DNA of 56,206 nt from a virus (lineage: Duplodnaviria; Caudoviricetes), in the IMG/VR virus record IMGVR_UViG_3300030107_003883, positions 1 to 56,206 of that record, one strand, 5' to 3'. Positions within the stretch are counted from its first letter, which is position 1. The number at the start of each line of letters is the position of its first letter. The position numbers and the translations under genes were made by a program. Positions 1-10,445 of the stretch are shown one piece after another. The notes beneath the pieces were generated by a model. The model saw only the letters and a list, made by a program, of their open reading frames with translations, ran no database searches and was not told where the DNA came from.

Positions 1-1
1 T

Positions 2-99
2 GGTGGAGATATTATATCTGTACTTCGTGCGGATGGAGTTACTGCTGGAAATTTTAGACCTTGTAGAAAAATATCTCCATCAATGCAATCACAAGTTAC
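2..99. repeat. Terminal direct repeat, left copy (98 bp); circular assembly overlap
   Basis: Identical to 56109-56206; position 1 (t) differs from 56108 (c), a synonymous Gly codon change; one ORF reads through the junction. Confidence 0.95.
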
Positions 100-778
100 A
101 GATACAGAAAGTCTATCTTTTGCATCAAAATATCATCCAGTATATATGGTTAGTGGCAGCAATATAAAAGTATTTCCTGCACCATCAGATAATTCTGGTA
201 AAGATTCTTATAAAGTAGTATATGTTAATAATACACCTAAAGATGGAAATGGAACTTCATTAACACATTCAGATAGTAACTTAGGATACTTTCCAGCAGA
301 TAAAGTTCATCTTGTAGTAATATATGCATCTATAAGGTCCTTACATACAGCAATGGTAAATGTAATAACTGACTTGTCTAGTTTTTCAACTACAGCAGTT
401 CCACCTAATTTTGCAGATAGTTATGAATCTACTACTGCTTCTGTTAGCGATGGAACTATTGAAGAAGAAATATCTAAAATGCAAGATTATATAGAAGACA
501 ATGAAGACGTAGAATTAGCTAATGCTAAAAGTGCTGAGCTAGATGTAAGATTTAAAAGGGCTATGGATAAGTTTCAATCTGGCTTATCTAAATATAGAGA
601 AGAGTCTGGAGGTTATTCACAAGAAATAAATGCTGAGATAACAGAAGAAGCTCAAAAGGTACAAACTGAAGCTGCTAGATACCAATGGTATCAAGATAGG
701 TTTACAGCATTACAGGCTGAGTACTTAGGAGCGTTTGCAGTGCCTCAACAGGCAGAACAACAAGGAGCTCGTAGATAA
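2..778 (+). CDS. Head-tail adaptor/ring-like virion protein, 3' part (gene starts at 55905 and spans the junction, 326 aa in total)
   Basis: In frame with ATG at 55905 across the repeat; lies after the capsid genes; adaptor-like segments PVYMVSGSNIKVFPAP and FPADKVHLVVIYASIR; coiled-coil C-terminus. Confidence 0.55.
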   Translation, partial: GGDIISVLRADGVTAGNFRPCRKISPSMQSQVTDTESLSFASKYHPVYMVSGSNIKVFPAPSDNSGKDSYKVVYVNNTPKDGNGTSLTHSDSNLGYFPADKVHLVVIYASIRSLHTAMVNVITDLSSFSTTAVPPNFADSYESTTASVSDGTIEEEISKMQDYIEDNEDVELANAKSAELDVRFKRAMDKFQSGLSKYREESGGYSQEINAEITEEAQKVQTEAARYQWYQDRFTALQAEYLGAFAVPQQAEQQGARR

Positions 779-1170
779 TGGCATTAACTATTAGATATGG
801 TAGTTATTGCGTTCCTCAAGAACAAGTAGGTGCTGATAAACCTTTTTGGCTAGACGGTGATTCTACTGGAAAATTAAGTGGAAGTGCTACGGAAACTGTA
901 ACTTCTTATGTTGCACCTCTTCCAATAACTGAAACAACTTTATATAATTTAGCTTTGGATTTTATAGCTGTAAAAGCATTAAACATAGAAACTGGCTCTT
1001 ATATACTTATATCTCTTGATAGTGGAGATAGTTATCCTATTAGACTATTAAAAGATGAATGTTTTGCATCTAAAATAGCCCCTACTGCTCGCTTAAGAGT
1101 AGCAATATGCACAGCTTTAAATGGAAGTGGAACTGGTGTTGGCAAAGCTGAAGTATGGAGTGGTACATAA
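778..1170 (+). CDS. Hypothetical structural protein
   Basis: TAATG coupling; beta-rich; in the virion block. Confidence 0.6.
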   Translation: MALTIRYGSYCVPQEQVGADKPFWLDGDSTGKLSGSATETVTSYVAPLPITETTLYNLALDFIAVKALNIETGSYILISLDSGDSYPIRLLKDECFASKIAPTARLRVAICTALNGSGTGVGKAEVWSGT

Positions 1171-1715
1171 TGGGTACTCCTAACGCAAGACAAATACAAT
1201 TTGCTACTTCTGTAGTTCCTAAAAAAACTGCTAGCACTGTAAGCACTCAAGAAACAAGAGAAGATGGAGGTACAGTAGGGGTGGCAAGTTATACAGATAC
1301 TGTATTAGACACAACTATAGGGAAAAGATTTGGTGGCAAGGGTGTAGTAACAATAGCTGAAGATCAAGCATTGCAAGGATGGATATCTACAAATGAGCCT
1401 CAAGACGAAATAGATGGCTTAGAAGCTAAATGGGACGAAACAAATACTCACTGGGATGAAGTTATAGAAATAACATCTACAGATCATACTATTAGGCATG
1501 ATAGCGCAACTTGCAATTTCATATATGTAAAAAATGTTGGCTCTGTGGAAGCACGTCTTTTTTTAGATGGCTCAGAACCTGATATACTTATTCCTCCAGG
1601 AGCATCTGTTTCTGCCAGGCTTAATAATGTACCTGCAACTGATATAAAAGTGGATGTAGCAGATGGGGCCAATCCAACAAAAATAGAATTCGTAGTAGCA
1701 AAGGCAAAGGCATAA
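1170..1715 (+). CDS. Hypothetical structural protein (start likely 1170 rather than 1155)
   Basis: TAATG overlap with the upstream stop; beta-rich C-terminal domain. Confidence 0.6.
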   Translation: MGTPNARQIQFATSVVPKKTASTVSTQETREDGGTVGVASYTDTVLDTTIGKRFGGKGVVTIAEDQALQGWISTNEPQDEIDGLEAKWDETNTHWDEVIEITSTDHTIRHDSATCNFIYVKNVGSVEARLFLDGSEPDILIPPGASVSARLNNVPATDIKVDVADGANPTKIEFVVAKAKA

Positions 1716-1716
1716 A

Positions 1717-4326
1717 ATGGCACAAGGAACTTTAACAAATTTAGCAATAAAAGACACTTATAAATCTTTACTAAAGATTGGTGCTGCAAATGGAACTGAT
1801 GCAGCTGCTAATACTAATATTTTACATGCAACCGATTTAAAAATTGTAGAAGATGGAGACGGTAATAATTCTCCAATACAGATAGCTCAAAATAGGCTAA
1901 AAATTGTACCTTCTGCAGCTAATCATGCAAATGCATTTGAAGTATCTCAAGAAGATGGCACTCAAATACTTAATGTAGCATCAGACACTCCAGCTGTAAC
2001 TATGACATCTACTCTTACATTGTCTGGAAATGCAGATTTCAATGGAGATTTGGATGTAGATGGAACTGCAAATCTTGATGTAGTAGATATAGATGGTGCA
2101 GTAGATATGGCATCTACTCTCACTCTAGCAGGAAATGCTGATTTTAATGGTGATCTTGATGTAGATGGCACTACTAATTTAGACGCAGTAGATATTGATG
2201 GTGCTGTGCAACTTGATAATACGCTTATTGTGGGTGTTGATGATACTGGCTATGATGTTAAATTTTTTGGTGCAACAGCTACAAATGGATATATGTTATG
2301 GGATGAAAGTACTGATGCCTTGATTCTTGGAAGTGCTTCTAAAATTGGTATTGGAGATACTTCTCCTCAAGCTTTATTGTCTTTAAGGGGAGATGCAACA
2401 AATACAAGTCAGCCTGATGGGCTTCAAACTGGTACTGATGTTCATACTGCGTTACATATATGTAATATAGGAGATGCAGTTAATGAAAAATATGGTATGC
2501 AATTTGGCTGTACAGATAATTATAGTTTTGGAGGAATATTTGGAGTAGGCTTGGGCACATCTGGAAACACCTGGGGTGCTATAACTTTTGACATGAGAGC
2601 GTCAAATAGTGCTACTGCTCTTACTGAAGTTATGAGGGTTAACTATGATGGCAAAGTTGGTATTGGAAATACCGACCCTCAAGGGAAATTACATGTAGGT
2701 GGATCTATATCTAGTCCTTCTAGTGATGGTGATAATATAATTTTTCCTTCTGATATAGGCCTTGAAACAGTAGCTTCTAGTTCCTCAAATGGCTATGGGT
2801 TTAAATTTCAATCAACTGATGATGGTTCGGGTCAATGCTCACTAAGATTATATTCAAGAGCAGACAATGCTAGCTGGGAAGATGAAATTATGCAATTTGT
2901 AACCAGTACCAACTCTAATGAAGATGGATGTGTTGGCATTGGAGGTGATCCTAATACTGCTACTTTATATGTAAATGGCGATGTTGGTATTGGGACTAAT
3001 AGTCCAGACTATTTATTAGATGTTGAAAATGCATCAGGGCATTCTAAAGTTAGAATACATGCTGGAACTGACAGCTCTGCACAATTATTGCTGCAAAATG
3101 ATGCTCAAATATGGAATGTAAATTGTCAAACAAGTGACAAGTTTGCTATATATGACGATACAGCTGACGTTGAAAGACTTGTTATATTAAGTAGTACTGG
3201 TAGGGTTGGTATTGGGACTACTGCTCCAGCATCAAATTTTGCAGTCTCAGCTGGAAACTCTCCTCCTGCTGGTTCTAGTAGTGTTGTAAGTATTAATGTA
3301 GGAGACGATGCTACATACCATGATGGAGATGCTCTTTTGCATATTAAAAATAGTGGAAATAGAGGTGCTATAAGTCATGCTAATGGTTCTCATTTGCTAA
3401 GATGCGATTATAGTGATGCATGTGCATTTATTATAAACGAAGATGGTCATATTGGTATGGGTGAGGCAAGTCCAACAAATCTATTACATTTAACAGCAAC
3501 TACAGATGATAATGCAGATTCATTAGCAGAGGTAGACACAGAATCAGAACTTAGAATACAATATCTTGCTGCTGAAGAAGCATCTATGTACTTTGGAGGT
3601 CTTGGCTCAACAAGAGGATATATTCAAGGGGCAGATGATGATGGTAGTCACGCTTATGATATATGTATTAATCCTTATGGTGGCCATGTTGGGATTGGAA
3701 CATCTGCTCCAACACAAAAGCTTGAAGTGGTAGATAATCACGCTACAGATATACTTGCTAGACTTTTTTGCGATAATACTGCAGATACTACTCACGCATT
3801 AAAAATACAACTTAAACATAATACACCAACTGCTACTAATATATTTACTAGTTTTTGGGACATTGATAGTCAGATAGATACTATGCAAGGGGATGATAGT
3901 GGTGGTGTGAATTTTACAGGAGCTGCCGATGATACATATTCAGATAGAAGGGTAAAAACAGATATTGCTGATTTGACTGGTTCTTTAGAAAAAATAAATG
4001 CTATCAAGCCAAGAACATACAAATATACAGATGAATTTTTAAACCAAAGTTTTCAAGACTATACAATTAAAGATTGGCAAAAAAAGACTCAAATGGGGTT
4101 TGTTGCACAAGAGTTAGGTGAGGTTTTTCCTGATATTTTACAACCTACAACTCATACAGTGCAGAAAGATAATATTACTTATGATGGGAAAGTATATAAT
4201 ACTGGTGATGAAATTGAGATTATAAAGACCTGTTGGGGTCGCAGAGGAACAATGATTTTATTTTCAAACTTAATAAAAGCAGTACAAGAATTATCAGCAA
4301 AAGTAACAGCCTTAGAAAACAACTAA
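1717..4326 (+). CDS. Tail fibre/spike with C-terminal intramolecular chaperone (Peptidase S74-type)
   Basis: Repeated G(K/R/D/H)(V/I)GIG fibre motifs; tandem GNADFNGDLDVDGT repeats; YSDRRVKTDI autocleavage motif (~3937-3966), MGFVAQE and terminal coiled coil LIKAVQELSAKV. Confidence 0.88.
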   Translation: MAQGTLTNLAIKDTYKSLLKIGAANGTDAAANTNILHATDLKIVEDGDGNNSPIQIAQNRLKIVPSAANHANAFEVSQEDGTQILNVASDTPAVTMTSTLTLSGNADFNGDLDVDGTANLDVVDIDGAVDMASTLTLAGNADFNGDLDVDGTTNLDAVDIDGAVQLDNTLIVGVDDTGYDVKFFGATATNGYMLWDESTDALILGSASKIGIGDTSPQALLSLRGDATNTSQPDGLQTGTDVHTALHICNIGDAVNEKYGMQFGCTDNYSFGGIFGVGLGTSGNTWGAITFDMRASNSATALTEVMRVNYDGKVGIGNTDPQGKLHVGGSISSPSSDGDNIIFPSDIGLETVASSSSNGYGFKFQSTDDGSGQCSLRLYSRADNASWEDEIMQFVTSTNSNEDGCVGIGGDPNTATLYVNGDVGIGTNSPDYLLDVENASGHSKVRIHAGTDSSAQLLLQNDAQIWNVNCQTSDKFAIYDDTADVERLVILSSTGRVGIGTTAPASNFAVSAGNSPPAGSSSVVSINVGDDATYHDGDALLHIKNSGNRGAISHANGSHLLRCDYSDACAFIINEDGHIGMGEASPTNLLHLTATTDDNADSLAEVDTESELRIQYLAAEEASMYFGGLGSTRGYIQGADDDGSHAYDICINPYGGHVGIGTSAPTQKLEVVDNHATDILARLFCDNTADTTHALKIQLKHNTPTATNIFTSFWDIDSQIDTMQGDDSGGVNFTGAADDTYSDRRVKTDIADLTGSLEKINAIKPRTYKYTDEFLNQSFQDYTIKDWQKKTQMGFVAQELGEVFPDILQPTTHTVQKDNITYDGKVYNTGDEIEIIKTCWGRRGTMILFSNLIKAVQELSAKVTALENN

Positions 4327-4338
4327 CAAGGAGAGAAA

Positions 4339-4542
4339 ATGAGTAAAGATAAAGTAAAAGAAGCAGAAGTAGTAGAGCCAACAGCAGATGAAAAAGCACA
4401 AGATGCTATTAAGAATCTGCAGTTACAGCTAGAGGAACATAAAAAACAAGCTGATTATCATTCTACTATGGCAGTAAAAGCACAAGGTGCATTAGAAGTT
4501 TTATTACAATTACATCCGCAAAAGGAGCAAAGTGAAAGTTAA
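4339..4542 (+). CDS. Small coiled-coil protein, possible fibre chaperone
   Basis: AGGAG RBS; heptad pattern; directly after the fibre gene. Confidence 0.55.
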   Translation: MSKDKVKEAEVVEPTADEKAQDAIKNLQLQLEEHKKQADYHSTMAVKAQGALEVLLQLHPQKEQSES

Positions 4543-4813
4543 AGAACTTATGGAAAGGGTGGGCATGACTCAAACGGGTCGTGCCATAGCCTATATTAAA
4601 GATGGCCTAGATGAGATGAATATGTTAGCAGAAACTCATGTTACTACTGAACGTATTGATATAGCTAAAGATCAAAGGTTTTACGATCTACCTAACGATG
4701 TTATAAGAATATTAGATATTAGGTGTAAAAACCAAAGCAATAGCAGTGATGAGTATAGAAGTATACCTAGAACTGTTGCTCAACCAATAACGGAGGATGC
4801 AGATGGCGTCTAG
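4532..4813 (+). CDS. Adaptor/ring-like protein, N-terminal-half-like
   Basis: AAGGAG RBS + GTG; MKVKEL...RFYDLPNDVIRILDI resembles the N-half of podovirus adaptor proteins. Confidence 0.45.
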   Translation: MKVKELMERVGMTQTGRAIAYIKDGLDEMNMLAETHVTTERIDIAKDQRFYDLPNDVIRILDIRCKNQSNSSDEYRSIPRTVAQPITEDADGV

Positions 4814-5516
4814 TAAACATTACGCGTATTATATAAGAGGAAGTCAACTTGCAATTATAGAGCATGATAGTTCTTCTGGAGATGGGTTAAACTATGTAAC
4901 TGCAGGAGATGATGTAAATGATATTAATGATATAGGACCTTCTGGAAGTTCTTTATGGAAAAGCCCCACTGAAGCTATAGCAGATGGTATAGAAATAGAA
5001 TATGCTTATAGTCCTAGGTATTTTATAAATGAAACTGAAGATAAAAATACTGTTATAGATACTTACGTTTCTGTTGGAGGGTTGCTTAAGATTATAGATC
5101 AAGGAGATGATAATTATTCTGCAAGCCCAGAAAGTTTAAGCGATGGTAGTTATATAGTATTAAAAAAAGCTGGAAAGTTTAACGGCCTACATAAAGTTAA
5201 AGAAGCTGGTGCAGGTTATATTATTTTATATACTAAATATAGCGGCAGTGCTACTGTTCAAAAAGCATTTGAAGAAACTGTAGAATTATACTACAATGTT
5301 GATGCGTTGACGGATGAAGAAGATACAATAGATCTTCCAGAGTATTTAACTAAAGCATTAGTATACTATGTTAAAGCTAAAATAGCTGAAGATCAAATGG
5401 ATTTAGAAGCAAAAGAATACCTTATGAGAGAGTTCAGAAGGATATTAGAAAAACACGAAAGTTCAAAAGTTTGGGGTGCTAGACAATTAGGTGTTGGCCC
5501 TCACGGAATAAGATAA
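4803..5516 (+). CDS. Adaptor/ring-like protein, C-terminal-half-like
   Basis: GGAGG RBS at 4792-4796; YAYYIRG...IEIEY...IDLPEYLTKALVYYVKAK resembles the adaptor C-half. Confidence 0.45.
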   Translation: MASSKHYAYYIRGSQLAIIEHDSSSGDGLNYVTAGDDVNDINDIGPSGSSLWKSPTEAIADGIEIEYAYSPRYFINETEDKNTVIDTYVSVGGLLKIIDQGDDNYSASPESLSDGSYIVLKKAGKFNGLHKVKEAGAGYIILYTKYSGSATVQKAFEETVELYYNVDALTDEEDTIDLPEYLTKALVYYVKAKIAEDQMDLEAKEYLMREFRRILEKHESSKVWGARQLGVGPHGIR

Positions 5517-5527
5517 AGGAGAAATAA

Positions 5528-5821
5528 ATGGGACTACTAGAATTATCAGCAGCCCAAGCATTAAATGCTCAGTTAGGACAAGGTGGCTTAAAATATATAG
5601 ATCAAGCAGGCACTGCTAATACTGGCACAGCTTCTGCAGGTGTATATTATGTTGCAGTTACTGTAATAGAAACTGGGAGTATTGCAACAGAATCTGATGA
5701 CCAAGATTTATGGCCAGATACTACATTTGCTAGTATTCCTGCTGGAACTACAATTTATGGTAGATTCAATAAGGTTACTGTGTCTGGTAGTAATGCTACA
5801 GCTATATGTTATAGAGGTTAA
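5528..5821 (+). CDS. Small beta-rich structural protein
   Basis: AAGGAG RBS; IPAGTTIYGRF motif; Gly/Ala/Thr-rich. Confidence 0.6.
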   Translation: MGLLELSAAQALNAQLGQGGLKYIDQAGTANTGTASAGVYYVAVTVIETGSIATESDDQDLWPDTTFASIPAGTTIYGRFNKVTVSGSNATAICYRG

Positions 5822-5841
5822 ATAAATAAGGGAGAAGAATA

Positions 5842-6216
5842 ATGGCAACTAATTATGGACTGCAAGAGTTTTCTACTCAAGAAGCAGTAAACTTTGAAGC
5901 ATATAAAGATTGGAACACAGAGGTTTTAGACCTAGAGACTGGAGGAGCTTATCTTCCTTCTTCGTTTATAACAGCTGATAATCCAGCAAAAAAGATAGTA
6001 TTGTATATAGAACCTAATAATCAAGGTTTATCTTCGCTGGAAGTGAATGATGTACTTTCATTAAAGTTAAACGGTCAAGATGCAGCTAGTAAGATTATAA
6101 AGATAGATCCTAATGATTTACCTTTTACACTTACTGGTATACAGCTTACTTCTTTTGCTATTAAAAGCGAGAGTGGAGAAGCTAATGATCACATATCTTT
6201 ATTGAGCTTTCACTAA
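5842..6216 (+). CDS. Hypothetical structural protein
   Basis: RBS; N-terminus GLQEFSTQEAVN resembles GLLELSAAQALN of the preceding gene. Confidence 0.6.
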   Translation: MATNYGLQEFSTQEAVNFEAYKDWNTEVLDLETGGAYLPSSFITADNPAKKIVLYIEPNNQGLSSLEVNDVLSLKLNGQDAASKIIKIDPNDLPFTLTGIQLTSFAIKSESGEANDHISLLSFH

Positions 6217-7163
6217 TGTTTAGTCCTAAGAAAAAAGTATCAAAGGCTGATTTAAAAAAGTCTATAGTTTCTGCTAATGAAAAACTTAGGTCAGCAAATA
6301 GCCTTTTAGAAAAGAGCATTAAAGAAAACGAAGTTAAACTTAAAAATATCAAGAAAGTATTGACTGATACCCAAGAAGAACTTGTAGATACTAAAGACTT
6401 AAAGAAGTTTGCAGTAAATGAACTAGATTCTTTACAAGCAGATGTCTTCAACTCAAGAGAAGAGTTAAGAGCATTATTAGGTAAAATAACTAGCTTAAAA
6501 GAGGAGTCTGAGGGATTAAAGAATCAAAATGCATTACTTGAAAGGGAGCAGGAAGCTACTTCTGAAATTATAAACGAGTTAAACTCTGATCAAGAAAAGT
6601 TAGAGTCTTTATTAGAAAACTTAGACTCTTTAAAGCAAGAAGAAGCTAAAAAGATGAAAAAGCTCGAAGATATATCCTTAGAGCTTACAGAACTTGAAAA
6701 TGGAGTAGACTATTACAAAAGTAAAAAAGTCTCCGAGAAAGAAGCATTTCAAGCGTTTATGGAAGATCTAGAGGTTTCTAGGAGAAAAGCAGAGCTAGAA
6801 GTATCAGATATTAAAGAGCTATCTAAAAAGTTAAAACTATCTCATGGTATGGAGATGGGCAAACTTGATACAGCTATTGCTGAAAGACTAACAGAGATAA
6901 ATGATATGAATGATGTTCTTAAAAAGAAAGACTATGAGTTTGTACTTGTTCAGTCTAAGATAACTAAAATAGAAGATCAGTTAAGTGATGCTAAGGAAGA
7001 AGCTGATTATGCAGTAAAAAAGCAACAAGAAAAAGTAGGGAAGATAAAGAAAGATTTTAACAACTGGAAAGTAGAAGCATTAGAGCAAGTTGCTAAGCTT
7101 AAACTTAGAGGTAAAATAGAAAATATAGACAAAGCAGGATTAAAGGAAGTATTAAATGGCTAA
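6216..7163 (+). CDS. Long coiled-coil protein
   Basis: 315 aa of E/K/L-rich heptads; TAATG coupling. Confidence 0.7.
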   Translation: MFSPKKKVSKADLKKSIVSANEKLRSANSLLEKSIKENEVKLKNIKKVLTDTQEELVDTKDLKKFAVNELDSLQADVFNSREELRALLGKITSLKEESEGLKNQNALLEREQEATSEIINELNSDQEKLESLLENLDSLKQEEAKKMKKLEDISLELTELENGVDYYKSKKVSEKEAFQAFMEDLEVSRRKAELEVSDIKELSKKLKLSHGMEMGKLDTAIAERLTEINDMNDVLKKKDYEFVLVQSKITKIEDQLSDAKEEADYAVKKQQEKVGKIKKDFNNWKVEALEQVAKLKLRGKIENIDKAGLKEVLNG

Positions 7164-7575
7164 TGTTATAGGATCAGGAAAAGGAAGATTTCTCACAGAT
7201 GAAACTGGTGATCCTATTGATGGCACCAATAGACTGCCAGTAGAGACTGAGCAGGATGATGCTTTTAGTTCTTGGGTTAGCTATCAAGCTTTTGAAGTAA
7301 GGACAGATAGCTCTGATTTAACCCATGCTGATCATACTGGACAAAGTATTACTAGCGCTAAGGAAATCTTAATACAAACAGATGATGCAAATACTAGCTA
7401 TATTATGGTTGGAAGCGACACTTCTACTACAGTTGCAGATGCTACTAAAACAAATAGAAAAGGGATAAAACTTAATGGAGGCGAAACATTGGTGCTAGCT
7501 ATATCAACATTTGCTAGTATACATTTAGACGCAGAAACTTCCGGACAAATTGTTTATGTCTCATACTTTGCATAA
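7156..7575 (+). CDS. Small beta-sandwich structural protein
   Basis: Coupled ORF; ILIQTDDANTSYIMVG...GIKLNGGETL. Confidence 0.6.
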   Translation: MANVIGSGKGRFLTDETGDPIDGTNRLPVETEQDDAFSSWVSYQAFEVRTDSSDLTHADHTGQSITSAKEILIQTDDANTSYIMVGSDTSTTVADATKTNRKGIKLNGGETLVLAISTFASIHLDAETSGQIVYVSYFA

Positions 7576-10271
7576 TGCCAAAAACTAGACTCATATCACC
7601 AGGTTCCATACCTAATCATAAGTTGTTAAAGAATTTACAGCTACAGGATAACTATCTTTCCAATGATGGTGGAGATGAAGGTCTTAGAGTAGATGATTCA
7701 GGAAGAGCTTCTTCTAGTAGTCATTTTACAGTTGGAGGTCAGCTTAAAGTTACAAGTGTAAATGTAACAACAACTGATCACAATAAATTTTTAGTTCTTG
7801 ATGGAACTGATGTTAAATATGTTACAGGAGATACATTGGTTCCTGATATTTTAACTGCTGGGACTAATTGTACTTTAAGTGGAGCTACTTTAAATGTAGA
7901 CGATGCTTTCGTTAAAAATAATGCCAATGATGAGATGACTGGCACTTTAACTTTAAATGTCACAGGTACTGCAAAAGCTATTAGTGAAACACTTGTTCTT
8001 ACAAATAATGTAAATGCTTCAGATATGGATGGTACAGGAACTGCTATAAAGTTTAACCAATGGTATTATGATGCTAGTACTCCAGCTATAGAAGAAGCAT
8101 CAAGAATTGTTGTTGCCACAGAAAGTGACTGGACAAGCACTGCAAGTACAAGAGATGCATATATGGCTTTTGAAACAAGTGCCAATGGGTCTTTACAAGA
8201 AAGGATGAGAATTGAAGGAAATAGTGGCTTTGTTGGAATAGGAACAACTAATCCAAGTTCAATGTTTCACGTAGAAAGGCCTGTAGATGCTTCACAATTT
8301 CAACTTGCATACGATAGTACTAACAAAATGAATATTCAAGTTCATGACGATGGTAAAACTACATTTAGAACCTTTGGAGATGGAAGCTATGATTCAGACT
8401 TAACATTAGATATAGATGGAGATATAGAATTAAATGCAGATGGAGGAGATATTGTATTTAAAGATGCTAGTGCTACACTAGCTACTATTAATGGAAGTGG
8501 CCTTACTATAAATAATATAACTCAAGTAGGAAGCGATACTGATGCATTCTTAATGTCTGATAGTGGCGTAGTTAAATATGTTACAGGTGCAAATTTAAGA
8601 TCGTATATAGGTGCAGGTACAGGTGATGGAGATATTACAGGTGTTAGCATTACAACAGATTCAGGAGATGGCAGTAAAGCAGAAGATACATCAGGGTCTG
8701 CAGACTTTTCTATATTAGGTTCTAGTGGAGTAAATGTAACTAATAGTGGCACCACTATAACAGCTGTGGCAGTTCCTGCAGAAATAGACCATGATTCGTT
8801 AAATAATTTTGTTGCTAATGAACATATAGATCACACTTCTGTAACACTAACTGCTGGTGATGGACTTACAGGTGGTGGAGATATATCATCTAATAGAAGT
8901 TTTGCTGTAAGTGTTGATGATTCTACAATAGAAATAAACTCAGATTCGTTAAGAGTAAAAGATGATGGTATTACATATGCTAAAATACAAAATATGACTG
9001 ATGCAAGAATGCTTGGTAATAACGCTGGTTCAGATGGAGTTATTACTGAAATGACACAAGCTAATGTATTATCATTTTTAGGAGTAAGTGCAGGAGCTAA
9101 TGCTAATGTGAGTGGCGATAGTGGAAATGCAGCTATATATGATAATAGTGGTACACCTGCATTTAAATCAGGTATTACAAAAGCAGAAGTACAAAGTTTA
9201 TTAGACTATGTTACTAGCGATGCAGATGATACTATGACTGGTAATTTAACAATTACTAAATCTTCTGGCCCTCAACTTACACTTGGATATGATGCTAATG
9301 AAAAATTTACAATAGACGTAGCAGATAATGGTGTTACTACTATAGCTACAACAGATAATGATGGTAGTGGAACAGCTGCTAATTTAACTTTAGATGTCGA
9401 TGGTGACATAGAGTTAAACGCTGATGGTGGAGATATATCGTTTAAAGATGCAAGTTCTACCCTTGGAACTTTTAGTACTGCTTATGGTGGGTTAAATCTT
9501 CCTGCTAATACAAAAATATCATGGGCACAACAAGATGATTATATCTATGCTGACACAACTGATATATTTATAACTAAAGCTGATACTGATATTGTTACTT
9601 TTAAAGATAACCAAGTATTAAATGACGTGCCATTTAAAATAAAAGAAGCTGGAAGTGCAGTTACACATACAACTGCATATGGACAGCTTTGGGTAAAAAA
9701 TACAGCTCCTAACGAATTGTATTTTGCTAATGATGCTGGTAATGATATACAAATAACTTCAGGAACTGAACTAGTCCCACATTCAGGAACAATACTAGGC
9801 ATTACATGTCTTAGAAGTGATGGAAGTAATTTTGTATCGCACTCTATTCAAGATGCATTTACTGTAGAAGATTCAACTCATCAAATTACATTTAACACAC
9901 CTCCTAGTGAAAATGTTGAAATAGTAGCAAGTGCATATTTTGATACTACTACAACGACAGATGTTACTCTTTATGCAGGATTAAGTGACAATGCTACATA
10001 TAATTCTATAGGTCAAGCTCACGAATATGATCAAGGTGGATTTATTAAATCTGATGACGAGGCTGATGATCATGTAAAAACTATGAGATGGATATTAACT
10101 TCATCTGAACTAGCTTCTGTTGGAAGCTCAAATACTTTTTATATAGGATTTAAAACAAGTGATGACGAGGATATAAAAATAATGTATGGAGAAAGAAATG
10201 CGTTTGGACTTTCTTTACCTCCATTTATAATAAAGGCAATAGCATTGCCATCAACAATTTATACAGGATAG
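7575..10271 (+). CDS. Second tail fibre / receptor-binding protein
   Basis: 898 aa, G/T/D/S-rich; GFVGIG motif; internal repeats LTLD(I/V)DGDIELNADGGDI.FKDAS (x2) and FL..D...VKYVTG (x2). Confidence 0.75.
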   Translation: MPKTRLISPGSIPNHKLLKNLQLQDNYLSNDGGDEGLRVDDSGRASSSSHFTVGGQLKVTSVNVTTTDHNKFLVLDGTDVKYVTGDTLVPDILTAGTNCTLSGATLNVDDAFVKNNANDEMTGTLTLNVTGTAKAISETLVLTNNVNASDMDGTGTAIKFNQWYYDASTPAIEEASRIVVATESDWTSTASTRDAYMAFETSANGSLQERMRIEGNSGFVGIGTTNPSSMFHVERPVDASQFQLAYDSTNKMNIQVHDDGKTTFRTFGDGSYDSDLTLDIDGDIELNADGGDIVFKDASATLATINGSGLTINNITQVGSDTDAFLMSDSGVVKYVTGANLRSYIGAGTGDGDITGVSITTDSGDGSKAEDTSGSADFSILGSSGVNVTNSGTTITAVAVPAEIDHDSLNNFVANEHIDHTSVTLTAGDGLTGGGDISSNRSFAVSVDDSTIEINSDSLRVKDDGITYAKIQNMTDARMLGNNAGSDGVITEMTQANVLSFLGVSAGANANVSGDSGNAAIYDNSGTPAFKSGITKAEVQSLLDYVTSDADDTMTGNLTITKSSGPQLTLGYDANEKFTIDVADNGVTTIATTDNDGSGTAANLTLDVDGDIELNADGGDISFKDASSTLGTFSTAYGGLNLPANTKISWAQQDDYIYADTTDIFITKADTDIVTFKDNQVLNDVPFKIKEAGSAVTHTTAYGQLWVKNTAPNELYFANDAGNDIQITSGTELVPHSGTILGITCLRSDGSNFVSHSIQDAFTVEDSTHQITFNTPPSENVEIVASAYFDTTTTTDVTLYAGLSDNATYNSIGQAHEYDQGGFIKSDDEADDHVKTMRWILTSSELASVGSSNTFYIGFKTSDDEDIKIMYGERNAFGLSLPPFIIKAIALPSTIYTG

Positions 10272-10275
10272 TAAA

Positions 10276-10437
10276 ATGATAGACGCAATAGATACATTAA
10301 AAACAACAGGAGCAGGTATAGGTGGGTGGTGGCTTTCAGTAAGTGGATGGCTTTCTGATATAGTAAGTTTACTAGTAGGTATAGCTACTTTAGTATATTT
10401 AGTGGTAAAAATAGTTAAGGAGATCACATCAAAATAG
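10276..10437 (+). CDS. Small membrane protein, holin-like (53 aa; not in ORF track)
   Basis: MIDAIDTLKTTGAGIGGWWLSVSGWLSDIVSLLVGIATLVYLVVKIVKEITSK: hydrophobic helices and a basic C-terminus. Confidence 0.6.
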   Translation: MIDAIDTLKTTGAGIGGWWLSVSGWLSDIVSLLVGIATLVYLVVKIVKEITSK

Positions 10438-10445
10438 GAGAGACT

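Noticed and set aside
2-99. Biological terminal repeat
   Set aside because: It falls mid-gene and its length fits an assembler k-mer overlap; it indicates circularity only
2005-2210. Tail-fibre repeats as a CRISPR array or DGR template/variable pair
   Set aside because: They are in-frame protein repeats with synonymous divergence; no spacers and no reverse transcriptase seen
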